A stretch of DNA of 64,000 nt, from NCBI RefSeq assembly GCF_006345805.1, contig NC_043009.1, positions 12,462,001 through 12,526,000 of the forward strand. The letters are read 5' to 3'. The first letter of the stretch is position 1. Every line of letters starts with the position of its first letter. The position numbers were made by a program, and so were the translations under genes. The notes beneath the pieces are model-generated. The model was not told where the DNA came from. It made no database searches and saw nothing but the letters and a program-made list of their open reading frames with translations. Shown here piece after piece: positions 11,660 to 24,067 of the stretch. Origin of the DNA: Octopus sinensis (Eukaryota).

Positions 11660-11727
11660 GCTGCACTGAAGATGAGAAATAAGTAAGTAAATATAACTTT
11701 ACTTTAATCTCGAAACGCGTATGTAGC
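11660..11727 (+). ncRNA. Minimal type I hammerhead ribozyme (Penelope pLTR)
   Basis: Helix I gctgca/tgtagc, core CUGAAGA+U, helix II gaga/tctc, GAAA, palindromic ACGCGU, GUA cleavage triplet at 11719-11721. Confidence 0.85.
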
Positions 11728-11907
11728 TAATCTGAGTCGTGTGGATTCTTTATTTTTTCTTTTTTGCCTACGTAAAAAAGTGTGTTACTGTCTGGGAGAT
11801 CTATATGGTAGCAGAAAAGGCATTTTAACTCCTATTTCTAAATTCGGTGCGTGGCGAAGCAATTAGCTGACCCCTGATTATAACTATGTTTATAATTATA
11901 GAATATT

Positions 11908-11909
<2 letters not shown>

Positions 11910-12002
<93 letters not shown>
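11910..12002. repeat. (TA)n microsatellite
   Basis: Direct reading. Confidence 0.95.
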
Positions 12003-12004
<2 letters not shown>

Positions 12005-12157
12005 CAGACAAGAAAGTAAATATAAGATATACCAAGGCAAATCGAATTGCAAACAGCAACTACAGCAACGTAATGCATTTGATACTACCCAGGGGTTTAT
12101 TTCTATGAGTATTAAAATCGCTGAACCTGGAGGCAAGCCCAGGACCTCTTTGCCATA

Positions 12158-12240
12158 TGCCCACGGGCATATGGTGTAGTGGTTAAGAGCGCAGGCTACT
12201 AACCCCAAGATTCCAAGTTAGATTCCAGGCAGTGGCCTGA

Positions 12241-12280
<40 letters not shown>

Positions 12281-12505
12281 CGACGACGACGACGACGATG
12301 ATGATGATGGGGATGAGGAGGAGGAGAAGGATAATAATAATAATGATAACATCAAAAAATACCTTAGGAATAAGAACCCAGGTTCGAAATTTCCCCAAGA
12401 CACCTGATGACGGCTGGTGGGTATATCAGCCGAAACGTTGTGATAACAACAAACAGGATGAGGACAAATATCCGTCAAATGTAAATAATATAAATAATGT
12501 ATATT
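12158..12505 (+). mobile_element. SINE family D: tRNA-derived head, (GAT)n spacer, hammerhead-containing tail
   Basis: A box tggtgtagtgg and B-box-like gttagattcc; second, internally deleted copy at 51554-51693 (minus). Confidence 0.8.
12399..12444 (+). ncRNA. Minimal type I hammerhead motif in the SINE D tail
   Basis: cac-CUGAUGA-c-ggctg...cagcc-GAAA-C-GUU-gtg; palindromic AACGUU; helix I only 3 bp in this copy (consensus likely gacac/gtgtt). Confidence 0.7.
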
Positions 12506-12642
12506 AACTTCCACGCCAAGAATCTAACAGGGCTTTTACTTGCTTCACAGAATAATGATTTAAACAAAAGTGATTTTCCCCATAATTAGAATATACGCCA
12601 AATATATTTTAAATCAATGTGAAGATATAGAATGTAACTTAC

Positions 12643-12730
12643 CCAATTGTAAGCAGTAGTAGGCATTTGTTTCTGGTAAACACATTTCATTTCTCTCACA
12701 TGAATGATTGAAGCAGCTTCCAGCCAAACG
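12643..12730 (-). CDS. Host gene coding exon 2: EGF-like module
   Basis: Acceptor cttgtcttcatcatcag, donor g|gtaagt, 88 nt, phase 0-1; reads RLAGSCFNHSCERNEMCLPETNAYYCLQL. Confidence 0.85.
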
Positions 12731-13009
12731 CTGATGATGAAGACAAGAATGGCAGTTTTGTTTTATAAGAGGGATTAAGCAATATGAAAACTCTTACTTT
12801 TATAGGCAACGACTAGAATATCACGTGTTCAAAGCTTTATTCAAAGCCTCGCAATTGTAAATGCACCAGGGAAGGAAAACAGTTGAGAAGCTTTCTGTCA
12901 ATGATTTGGAGAAATAATTCCTAACTTACCAAAGAGTTACGTGAGACTCAGTCGACGAAACGAATGCAGCAGTTTAAAAATATGTAAAAGGGATTCATAA
13001 CAGATCTCT

Positions 13010-13220
13010 ATACTCTTACACTCTTTTACTTGTTTCGGTCATTTGACTGCGACCATGCTGGAGCACCGCCTTTGGTCGAGTAAATCGACCCCAGGACTTA
13101 TTCTTTGTAAGCCTAGTACTTATTCTGTCGGTCTCTTTTGCCGAACCGCTAAGTTACGAGAACGTAAACACACCAGCATCGGTTGTCAAGTGATGTTGGG
13201 GGAGACAAACACACACACAA

Positions 13221-13280
<60 letters not shown>

Positions 13281-13440
13281 GACGGCTTCTTTCAGTTTCC
13301 GTCTACTAAATCACTCACAAGGCTTTAGTCGGCCCGAGGCTATAGTAGAAGACACTTGCCATTGGTGCCACGCAGTGGGACTGAACCCGGAACCATGTTG
13401 TTGGTAAGCCAGCTACTTACGACACAGCCACTCCTGCGCC
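13010..13440 (-). mobile_element. SINE family A
   Basis: Full-length family match. Confidence 0.9.
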
Positions 13441-13994
13441 TATGTTTATGTTTTCCGTTTGGCGCGTGGAATATAGTTCACTTTCCCCAGCACACATTCC
13501 GGAGAAATGAATTTAAAATCATTGTTGAAGCACACCCATTAAAAAAAACCAATAGGAATAAGAGAATATTGACGATTCAATTTGTATGTTCAGTTCTTTA
13601 TTTGATGTTCAACGATGGCTTCATGCTATTCTATTCCAAGAAAATGCCCGCGGTTTTCCAGCGGCGTCTTCGTCCTACTTCTTGGGTGAAGTTGGGTACT
13701 GGAGACGGTCGATTTCAAAACCTGTCATGAAGGCTTGTGGCAATGCTGACGTGTTAACGTGGATAGAAAACGGATCTCCAGAAACAAGAGTCACCACTTC
13801 GGATCACACGCTCAGTCAGTCTCCCTTCTAATCCGGTACTGGATAATCTGACCAGCAAGCTTTATTGTGACGTGTCGCATTGGTTCATTCCCATCTTGGC
13901 AATCTTCTACTGCAACTAGTATCAAACCGAAAGAATTCCCTGTTATGTGAACTAAGGAGTGGCAGTGCTGAAGAAAGTCTTTAACAAAGAAGAA

Positions 13995-14213
13995 ACGAAA
14001 GGGTGCTGAAAAGTTTCTGACTTTAAGGATACCGCGAAACGCCTTGTGTGAGGCCCAGCCTTTCGAGTACTTTTACAGGGCTTAGGAAAACTGAAAGACT
14101 GCTGCAATGAGTGTGTGAATCTAGGAAGGGGACATGTTGAATGAAATTATAATTAACTGATCCTCCTGAATTTTCTTTAATACAGAGCCAGGAACTTTTC
14201 AGTAGTCTTCATA
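13995..14213 (+). mobile_element. Mariner-derived MITE
   Basis: Degenerate TIRs gggtgctgaaaagtttctg / ccaggaacttttcag; internal remnant of the transposase C-terminus. Confidence 0.75.
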
Positions 14214-14244
<31 letters not shown>

Positions 14245-14786
14245 AAGAAGAAGGGAGGAGGAGGAGGAGGAGGAGGAGGAGAAAAGAAGAAGAAAAAAGG
14301 AAAAAAGAAGAAAGAAGAAGAAAGAGGAGAAGAAGAAGAAGAAAAGAAGAAGAAGAAAGAAGAAGAAAGAAGAAAAAGAACAAAGAAGAAGAAGAACAAA
14401 GAAGAAGAACAAAGAAGAACAAAGAAGAAGAAGAACAAAGAAGAAGAAGAACAAGAAGAAGAAGAAGAAGAAGAAGAAGAAGAACAACAACAACAACAAA
14501 GAAAAAGAAGAAGAAGAAGAACAACAACAACAACAACAACAAAGAAGAAGAAGAGAAGAAGAAGAACAACAACAACAACAAAGAAGAAGAAGAAGAAGAA
14601 GAACAACAACAACAACAACAAAGAAGAAGAAGAAGAAGAACAACAACAACAACAACAACAACAACAACGAAGAAGAAGAAGAACAACAACAACAACAACA
14701 ACAAAGAAGAAGAAGAAGAAGAAGAAGAAGAAGAAGAAGAAGAAGAAGAGAAGAAGAAAAGAAGAAGAAGAAGAAGAAGAAGAAGA
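14214..14786 (+). repeat. (GAA)n/(CAA)n compound microsatellite, ~570 bp
   Basis: Direct reading. Confidence 0.97.
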
Positions 14787-14880
14787 ACCCTATAAACAAA
14801 CAGTTAGGAATATCGATCCTATTGATTACGTTTCAAAATTGAAAGACACACAAAGGCAAAGTAAAATTTCTCTCACTGAC

Positions 14881-15192
14881 CGGATCCCAGGTTTTGATGA
14901 AGCTGAATACATAGTGGTCAATCTCTCTCAAATTGTGCCGCACGGCGAAGTAAATTTCGCATATTTCCTTCTTTTGGTTGAAAGCGAAGCTATTGCATAC
15001 GGATCTGTAAAGACATAACTTGGCGCATTCTTTGGTGATGGAAATATTTGAAAACCTCGCAATATGTTTATGTCTCGGTTTCATGTGAGGGAGAATTTCT
15101 GGACATATCTTGTTGGGATTTTTTGAGAATACTGGCACTCCATTATCGTATAATAAGAAGAGAAGAAATATCGGGAGAGCTATAGTGTTCAT
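14881..15192 (-). CDS. Host gene first coding exon: signal peptide + PAN/Apple domain
   Basis: MNTIALPIFLLFLLY hydrophobic leader; ECAKLCLYRSVCNSFAF....ICEI PAN cysteine pattern; donor ccg|gtcagt in phase 0, compatible with exon 2. Confidence 0.85.
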
Positions 15193-15319
15193 GACGGAGG
15201 TAAAATAAAAGTTTATAAAAACTAAGCTGCGTTAAGGTTGGTGAACAGCTAGCTATTCGATGTCCAGTCGTTGCTGGAAAGGAGATGCTATTCATATGAA
15301 CGGAAGGACCAGCAGGTGA

Positions 15320-15815
15320 ATTATATATATATGCATACGTGTGTGTGTGTGTGTTTGCTAGTGTGTGTATGTGTATGTATGCATGTATGTGTGTGTGTGC
15401 GCGTATGTGTATGCTAGTGTGTATGTGTATGTATGTATGTATGTATGTATGTATGTGTGTGTCTGTGTGTGTGTAGGTGCGTACATACATATGGGGCGTG
15501 CGTTCGTGTGCTCATTTAAACATGTGTGTGTGTGCTAGTGTGTGTATGTATGTATGTATGTATGTGTATGTGTGCGTATGTTTGTGTATGTGTATATATG
15601 TATGTATGTATGTATGTGTGTGTAGGTGTGTACATACATATGGGGCGTGCGTTCGTGTGTTCATTTAAACGTGTCTCTGCACATGCGTGCAAGTGTGTGT
15701 ATATGTATGTGTGCATGCATGTGTGCGTGTGCGAGTGTGTGTGTGCGTGTGTATGTATGTGTATATGCTAGTGTGTGTGTGTGTGTGCGTGCGTGTGTAA
15801 TTGTATGTGTATGTG
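15320..15815 (+). repeat. (TATG)n/(GT)n compound microsatellite with a duplicated unique spacer
   Basis: tacatacatatggggcgtgcgttcgtgtg occurs twice (~15482 and ~15631). Confidence 0.9.
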
Positions 15816-15926
15816 TAAAGAATATTGATCGAAATATAGAAAAACAAAAAAGAAACGGTACGTAGATTGGCGGAGAAATTAATGAAGGAATCGATTTGCA
15901 ATGATGTCTAATAGTAAAGTAATTAA

Positions 15927-17010
15927 GGACGGAGAGCTGACAGAATCGTTAGCACACTGGTACTTCGTATGCCGCTACGTTCTGAGTTCAAATTCCGCCG
16001 AGGTCGACTTTGCCTTTCATCCCTTCGGGGTCGATTAAATAAGTACCAGTTACGCACTGGAGTCGATCTAATCGACTTAACCCGTTTGTCTGTCCTTGTT
16101 TGTCCTCTCTGTGTTTAGCCCCTTGTGGGTAGTAAAGAAATAGGCATTTCGTCTGAGTTCAAATTCCGCCGAGGTCGACTTTGCCTTTCATCCTTTCGGG
16201 GTCGATTAAATAAGTACCAGTTACACACTGGAGTCGATCTAATCGACTTAACCCCTTTGTCTGTCCTTGTTTGTCCTCTCTGTGTTTAGCCCCTTGTGGG
16301 CCGTAAAGAAATAGGCATTTCGTATGCCACTACGTTCTGAGTTCAAATTCCGCCGAGGTCGACTTTGCCTTTCATCCTTTCGGGGTCGATTAAATAAGTA
16401 CCAGTTACACACTGGAGTCGATCTAATCTACTTAACCCCTTTGTCTGTTCTTGTTTGTCCTCTCTGTGTTTAGCCCCTTGTGGGCCGTAAAGAAATAGGC
16501 ATTTCGTCTGTCTCTACGTTCTGAGTCTTTCATCCTTTGTCTTTGTTTTTCATCCTTTTGGGGGACAATGAAATAAGTACCAGTTACACACTGGAGTCGA
16601 TCTAATCGACTTAACCCCTTTGTCTGTTCTTGTTTGTCCTCTCTGTGTTTAGCCCCTTGTGGGCCGTAAAGAAATAGGCATTTCGTCTGTCTCTACGTTC
16701 TGAGTCTTTCATCCTTTGTCTTTGTCTTTCATCCTTTTGGGGGACAATGATATAAGTACCAGTTACACACTGGAGTCGATCTAATCGACTTAACCCCTTT
16801 GTCTGTTCTTGTTTGTCCTCTCTGTGTTTAGCCCCTTGTGGGCCGTAAAGAAATAGGCATTTCGTCTGTCTCTACGTTCTGAGTCTTTCATCCTTTGTCT
16901 TTGTTTTTCATCCTTTTGGGGGACAATGAAATAATTACCAGTTACGCACTGGGGTCGATATAACCAACAAGCCGCCTCCCCTCAAATTTCAGACTTTGTG
17001 CTTTATTATT
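15927..17010 (+). mobile_element. SINE family B head-to-tail array, six units of ~173-180 bp
   Basis: One tRNA-like head, then junctions aaagaaataggcatttcgt at ~16135, 16308, 16488, 16668 and 16848. Confidence 0.92.
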
Positions 17011-17769
17011 ATAGCTGGGTTCTAACCCGGGCCGCAGCAACAAAGTCCACCTACTTCACTTCTCGGTCCAACATCACTGCTTCGCGGTCCTGGATACATT
17101 CCAGGCCATTGTCTGCGATCAAGCTGTAGATGTAAGTGCGACGACAATTTCGTCTTCTTATATCAACATCTTAAAACATCAACACCTTGTAACTATATTT
17201 AACTTCTAACATTATTCTTGATCTCTTACCATTTTGCAGATTCCTTATGGATTCAGTGATATCTCTAAGGAAGAAATTATTGTCATGTTTGTTTAAATAT
17301 TTTGTGCAACTACACGAGGTACATCAACGAATTCCTCCAAAATCATTACAAATCCAACAAGGCAGTGCCTGGTAAATTAAAGAATTTGGATTGTTCTGAA
17401 AGACTATTAAGTAATAAACTATTGTGGTGCGAAGTAAATACAAAATGCCGTAAGAACTGTGTGCTAATATATTTTGATTATAGAAAGAGGTTTTCTTTAT
17501 TCCCATTCATGATTGCCATAGCCACTGCATTATGTCTTCTCTGCTGACTCCCGGTAAGGTGTAGAAGAAATTCGTCAATTCTTTCACCCCTGTAACTTAA
17601 AACACACCTATTGTCTTCGAGTTAGCAATCTTTCAATGCAAGCCCGGACAGACCAAGGAATTGAACTAGTTATGGCCGTATAATGTAGCAGGAAGACCGT
17701 TATAATTTTAAAGCCAAATAATGTTCGTTCATCGTTTGACAATGATGTGTGTGTTTGTGTGTGTGTGTT

Positions 17770-17809
<40 letters not shown>

Positions 17810-17856
17810 AACAAACGAATAACTGAATTCTAATCTTGTGTCTATATCCTTTATAG

Positions 17857-18262
17857 ACGTAGGAGTGGCTGTGTGGTAAGTAGCTTGCTTACCGACCACA
17901 TGGTTCAGGGTTCAGTGCCACGTAGTGGGCAAGTGTCTTCTACTATAGCCTCAGACCGACCAAAGCCTTGTGAATGGATTTGGTAGACGGAAACTGAAAG
18001 AAGCCCGTCGCATTTATGTATACATATATGTATGTGTGTGTATGTGTTTGCGTGTCTGTGTTTGTCCTCCCAACATCGCTTGACAACCGATGCTGGTGTG
18101 TTTACGTCCCCGTAACTTAGCGGTTCGGCAAAAGAGACCGATAGAATAAGTACTAGGCTTACAAAGAATAAGTCCTGGGGTCGATTTGCTCGACTAAAGG
18201 TGGTGCTCCAGCATGGCCACAGTCAAATGACTGAAACAAGTAAAAGTGTAAAAGAGTAAAAG
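17857..18262 (+). mobile_element. SINE family A
   Basis: Full-length, close to family consensus. Confidence 0.9.
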
Positions 18263-18421
18263 AGCCTCTTTACGTAGCATGAAGAAGAAGAGGTTGCCTC
18301 CCGACGCAGAAAGTGATAGAACTTACCATCTATGTAAGTCTGTGCTTGCTTGTGACTGTGTATGTGTGTACACGTGTGTCTGCGTGTCTGTGCGTATGTG
18401 TATGTATGCATGTATATGTGA

Positions 18422-18466
<45 letters not shown>

Positions 18467-19826
18467 AAATACGAAAGAGTATTGGCTGAAAGCGTGTCGG
18501 AAGTTTTGCTCCTGGATCATGACATGTCTATCTGCTGCTGGTTATTCGTTATGGTGTTTAAGCAGGATACATGGAGCAATTTATTACGTAATGTCAGCTG
18601 AACAAAGACACCTGATTTGGGACAATTTGCTAGACATGTTTATCGCTGATCAACAGACTGATACGAAATATTACTTTGCAAATCTGCTTGTTTATTATTA
18701 ACTGCATTTGCCGATACAAGAGTATCGGGTTTTTTAAATATTAAGTGTTTGCCAACAGAAATGATTTTCAATGTTATTAATAATACAAGAGAAATCTTTT
18801 GAAAAAACAAGTTTAGTATTTCTCAACTAAGCACAAGGACGTTATTGCCTCCACCAAAATGACGAGCATTTATTTTTATTGAACCAAGAATGTCAGAAGA
18901 CCGAGCAGGATTTGAAATCAGAACGTCAACAGACATAATAATTCAATTCTGTAGAAATTTTGTTCGCTGCTGTTTCCTCTATTGTCTTTGGTGACGCTTT
19001 GATAAAGACGACATTAAACAATCGTAAGGCGACACACTGAGAAAAATGCTTTGTGGCATTTCGTCCGCCCTTACGTTCTGAGTTCAAATTCCGCTGGGGT
19101 CGATGAAATCTGTACCTGTTGAGCACTGGGGTTGATATAGTCGACTTAACTCTTCCTCCTAAATTGCTGGCCTTGTACTAAAATTTCAAAGCAATATTAA
19201 GCAATTGTATTTTGTTCATTTTTGGGGGTTTAATTTTGGTCCGTATATCGAGTTGAGATGTGGTTTGGGGAGGATTTAACAGTCATTTTATCAGACCATA
19301 CAGACTCCAGTCTATCGAGTAACAAATCTTGTTTAAAGGCTCTATCAGAGCTGGTCACTTTTCTTCTTTCTTTTTTCTCTTCGCATAAATATGCATGTTT
19401 TGCGCCCGCGCTTCTCCAAATAATTTGGTGTTACCCACATTAAAGATGAAGGACCTTTAACCTTTACACGCAAAAAAAACAAAGTCTTGGTACTGAGACA
19501 CTGAGCGTCAAAGAAAGCTGAAAATAGGCCACCAGAACCTCCACAATGTACATGTTATTCTGGATACAGAACTATAATTGTGCAGTTACGCATCAGAGAT
19601 GTAGGTGCACTTTTCGATTCCTTAATCCTACGTATTCATTAACCCTTGCAGATTCACCTCTGTACAATGATTAGGTATCCTAGCCCATGAGGTGCAACTT
19701 CTCTTGAATGGCAATAAACCACCACCGGAATACAAGCAGTTGCCAACTAAATGTCAAAGAAGACAGCAAAAGGACTGAATTTGCTGCTCTTCGTTAAGTT
19801 ATTATTATAAGCTAATTTTCCACAAG

Positions 19827-20140
19827 TGGAGGCAGGTAGCCTAGTGGTTAGAGCAGCGGACTCGCGGTCGAGGGATCACGGGTTCTAATCTCAGCCCCGG
19901 CGATGTGTGTGTTTATGATCGAAACACCTAAGCTCCATGCGGCTCCGGCAGAAGGTAATAGCGAACTTCTGCTGACTCTTTCGCCACAACTTTCTCTCAC
20001 TCTCTCCTCCTGCATCTTGCAGCTCACCTGCGACAGACTGGCGTCCCGTCCAGGTGGGGAACCTATACGCCAAGGAAACCGGGAAACCGGCCCTTATGAG
20101 CCATGCATGGCTCGACAAGGAACAAACAAACAACAATAAC
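19827..20140 (+). mobile_element. SINE family C, full length, with V-domain-like core
   Basis: 13-bp TSD aattttccacaag (19814-19826, 20141-20153); tRNA head; gcgacagactggcgtcccgtccagg resembles the V-SINE core from memory; (AAC) tail. Confidence 0.9.
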
Positions 20141-20404
20141 AATTTTCCACAAGGCCAGCGAATCGAGTTCTTTGTCTCATTCACTGTCTCCAATATCAGA
20201 AGTAGGAACATAAACTTTAATAACATACAAGATCCTCGATAACAGTATCAGGATAGTAATCCACGCCGTCAAATATTCACAAAAAAGGTACTTGCGGTTC
20301 AGTATTTTTAGAGAAGCACAGATTGCATATGAAAACGTTCGTTCTTTCTGTGTTTCTTTTAATGAAGTGAATGAATATTTAGAGTAATTACTAAAATAAC
20401 TTTT

Positions 20405-20782
20405 CATTTCTTTCAGTCATTTGACTGCGGCCATGCTGGGGTACCGTCTTGAGGAATTTTAGTCGACCCCAGTACTTATTTTCTTTTTAAACCTGACACT
20501 TATTCTACCATACTCTTTTGCCGAAGTGCCAAGTTACAAGGATGTAAATACACCAGCACCGGTTGTCAAGCGGTGGTAGAAGACAAACACAGACGCAAAG
20601 ACACAGACACATAAAAATATATGTATATATATGATGGGCTTCTTTCAGTTTCCGACAACCAAATCCACTCACAAGGATTTTGGTTAGCCCGAGGCCATAT
20701 TAGAGGAAACTTGTTCAAGATGTCGTGTAGTGGGAGCGAACTCGGACACATGTAGTTGGGAAGCAGACTTCTCACCACACAT
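20405..20782 (-). mobile_element. SINE family A
   Basis: Family match, diverged. Confidence 0.85.
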
Positions 20783-21949
20783 TTCAGAAGAACTCAACTA
20801 TTTAACCTAATGAACCTCGTATTTACTTTTATTTTCCACCAATGGTGCCTCGTTGCTGTCAATTTATTTGAACTGAGACGAAGTGAAACAGACAGCTAGT
20901 TCTCTCTCATAAGAATTTACTCAAGCACCACGCGTTGGCAGCAGTCTTTGATATGCGAGGAAGCACCTGTTGGTTATTGATTGAATGCATTTCAAATTTT
21001 CGTTTTCAATTTTTAAAATATTTTGCAATGTGTTGCTTATTGCATGCTTAAATTGTTTGTTTTTTAAGTGTGTTTTGTTCATTCTTAACTCCATATAAAC
21101 ACGTTCATCTTTTGGAGCATTGTCATTTTATAAGTTTTTGCTGGCAAATTCTTAAATTAACAAAGACATTTATCTATATGAAAGAAAATTACCGGAGAAC
21201 TTACATCTAATTCTTCCAAATCTTCCTGTTAAAAATTGTCATGTGTTTATCGCATGTGATGTGTTGTTTATCGCATTTGCATTGAGTATTGAGGTGATTG
21301 TGAAGTGTGCTAAAAATAACAACTAAATAAGATTTATTTACATGAAAGAAAATTACCGGAGATATAACACGTGATGTTGACAAATATATACAACACGTGC
21401 TATTTTCAGGATATTAACGACAAAATGTGCAGTCACACACAAAATGACAGCTTCCAAATCCTGTTTCCTGACTGGGAGAAAATGATCAAACTTTAAACCT
21501 CTATAACTTTTTTAAGACATTTTTCTGGAAAAAATGAAATTACTCCAGCAGTTCAGTTTGGACAAGTGTATTATTGTGCCAAATTTTAAAATTTTCGGTA
21601 AACTTCAATTTTTGAAATGCTGGCAGTCAAACCGTTCCAGTTTAGATTAAAAAGACGTAGTCAGCTTTCGCAGTCATAACTGCTTTGAGAAAAAAGAAAG
21701 TACAATGTAAAAGGAAGATTACATTGGTTGTTTTGGTAAATTTTTCTTGAGAACATTTCTAAGTGATAAGACCATAGCGGATCTATTTGTAGCATAAGGG
21801 TGTCCACTTAGTGGTTTCCCTCTAACATGTATATAATACAATTTTACTGAACCTTCAGTTTTTTATATGCTAGACCACTAGTGTGAAATCAATGTTAATT
21901 AAATTAATATCTAATTTATCACCATCATTTTCAATTTTTATATATATAT

Positions 21950-22192
21950 ATATATTTCTTTATTGCCCACAAGGGGCTAAACATAGAGACGACAAACAAG
22001 GACAGACAAAGGGATTAAGTCGATTACATCTACCCCAGTGCGAAACTGGTACTTTTATTTATCGACCCCGAAAGGATGAAAGGCAAAGTCGACCTCGGCG
22101 GAATTTGAACTCAGAACGTAACGACAGACGAAATACCGCTAAGCATTCCGCCCGGCGCGATAACGTGTCTGCCAGCTCGCCGCCTTTTATAC
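21950..22192 (-). mobile_element. SINE family B monomer
   Basis: ggcggcgagctggcag head, gcctttcatcctttcggggtcgat core (Deu/Nin-like from memory), aataaagaaata tail. Confidence 0.9.
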
Positions 22193-22439
22193 ATATACAT
22201 ACATATACATACATATATGGACGTACAGATGAATGTACGCACGTGCGTATATACGTGCGTGTGTAATTGAAGATATACAAATTTTCTCAACTTTATATAC
22301 AACTTACAAATGTACAGAGTAGCTAGAAAAGGGGGTATATAACAGAGAACAGTGTGCAGCTCGATGTAGGTTACTCCTTATCGAATTTCAACTTTTGATG
22401 GCACAGAAGACGTTAAAAGTAAAATAGAAAACACACACT

Positions 22440-22533
<94 letters not shown>

Positions 22534-24067
22534 CTGTGTGTGTGTGTGTGTGTGTGTGTATAAGCATGACCAACCCCTAGAGACCCCAGCGGTGGAACAA
22601 ACGGATGATGATTACGACAGATCTCAACGCTTGAACCAGCGGATAGAGAGAGCGATGCATGACGGACATGCTACAGAAGGCACCACTCAAAATTATAGCC
22701 GGGTTAGCAGCAGTCATTTGCAGTTTCAAAACTGGATCTTGCATGTCTCATTTCATATGTGCTGTAGAGGAAGATCCTGAAATCAAGAGAGTGGATCACT
22801 TCCTGGCAAGTTGAGATAAACCTTAAACAAATCCACGCCAATGGCGCTCAATTGTAAAAAGTATATATATGATAAGAAAAATATGTAGTGATATGAGTTG
22901 GAAGTTTTAACCTGAAACTTGTATACTTTCAACGCGGCGCTTATAAAAGCAAGTCCATGCCTGCTAGCGTTTGTCGATGGATCGATGGATCGATGGACCA
23001 CTTAATACACTTTTAAAAACAAAGAAAAGAATAAATGAGCCAAGACGAAGCCTCTACATCAAAAGCCGGACGGGGATGGCGAATGTTTCTGAGCTTCACT
23101 CTGAATTAGCTGTTAATTCAATACGCTATCAATTTTTTGTTAATTCACTTCAATAGATTCTTAATTCACTGTAAGTTCAATACACTCACTTTGTTGTCCT
23201 TTCAATAAAATCTCAGTTCAGTGTCACTTACAGTTAAATTACTTCAAATATATTACTAATTTTCTGAGAAGCAAACACGGATGTCAGATAACCTTGTTCT
23301 CCATATCTCATCTGTGTAGGTGTGTTCTTGTGCTGTTGAGTCAGTATAAGTGCAAGCCCATGCAGATTCTATAATGTTTTTTTTTGTTTGTTTGTTTGGG
23401 AAGTCTTACCTGCTCATCACTCTTGTTCGATATTAATATGTTACACACAGTGAATGATAAACTTTCCCAAGTGTCACATTTACAGGAAATCAATGAATAG
23501 ATAACAAAAACCAGCTAATTTAACAATATCGTTAATATTCCTTTTTACTATGTGAACAAGGCCTGCAATTTGTGGGGAGGAGCTAGTCAATTACATAGAC
23601 TCCAGTGCGCAACTTGTACTAATTTTATTGACACCAGTGCGCAACCGATACTAATTTTATCGATCTCGAAAAGATGAAAGCAAAGTCGGCCTATGCGGAA
23701 TCTGAAGTCAGAGCGCAAAGCCGGAAAAATGCCGCTAAGCATTTTCTCCGGGACGGTAATAGTGCTGCCAGCTCGCAGCCTTCATTATCAACAATAAAAG
23801 TGGTTCCAAAGTTTGGCAAAAGGCCAGCAATTTCGGGGGCAGAGGTACGTCGATTACATCGACCCAGGGTTCAACTGATACTTAATTTATCAACCCTGAA
23901 AGAATGAAAGACGAAGTAGATCCCGGGGAAACTTGAACTCAGAACATAAAGACGGACAAAATACCGCCAAGCATTAGTGATATTGAAGGTGGGGAGCTGG
24001 CAGAACCTTTGACACACCGGACAAAATGCTTAGAGGTATTTTTTCCGGTGTCCTAACGGTTCTTATT

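Larger units (their letters stand above)
10090..11760 (+). mobile_element. Degenerate Penelope-like element 3' half (RT thumb, Cys linker, GIY-YIG, pLTR), interrupted by CR1
   Basis: CHPPIVFKNL...FDAAAPFYNVALAASGF; CSCRIRNECPVDGRC; IYVGSCE; TLASYVWHLKD; WKLL...PYRNGTR|LCKLC; YLNSRMEAVGCCPH; hammerhead downstream. Confidence 0.9.

Noticed and set aside
12165-12240. tRNA genes (also 9786, 19827, 58330)
   Set aside because: A/B boxes continue into SINE bodies with tails or TSDs; no clean cloverleaf with acceptor stem and terminator.
13586-13900. GC-richer block with short ORFs as a host exon
   Set aside because: No compatible splice pair or domain; stops in the relevant minus-strand frames; probably an old TE relic I cannot classify.
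14177-14799. Long ORFs over microsatellites (also 3221-3650, 34360-35209, 55087-55695, 59797-60344 and others)
   Set aside because: Stop-free simple repeats giving homopolymeric or MYVC/HTYI peptides; no coding signature.
15927-16990. Regularly spaced repeats resembling a CRISPR array
   Set aside because: Units are ~175-bp whole SINE bodies with no unique spacers and no cas genes; the context is eukaryotic.
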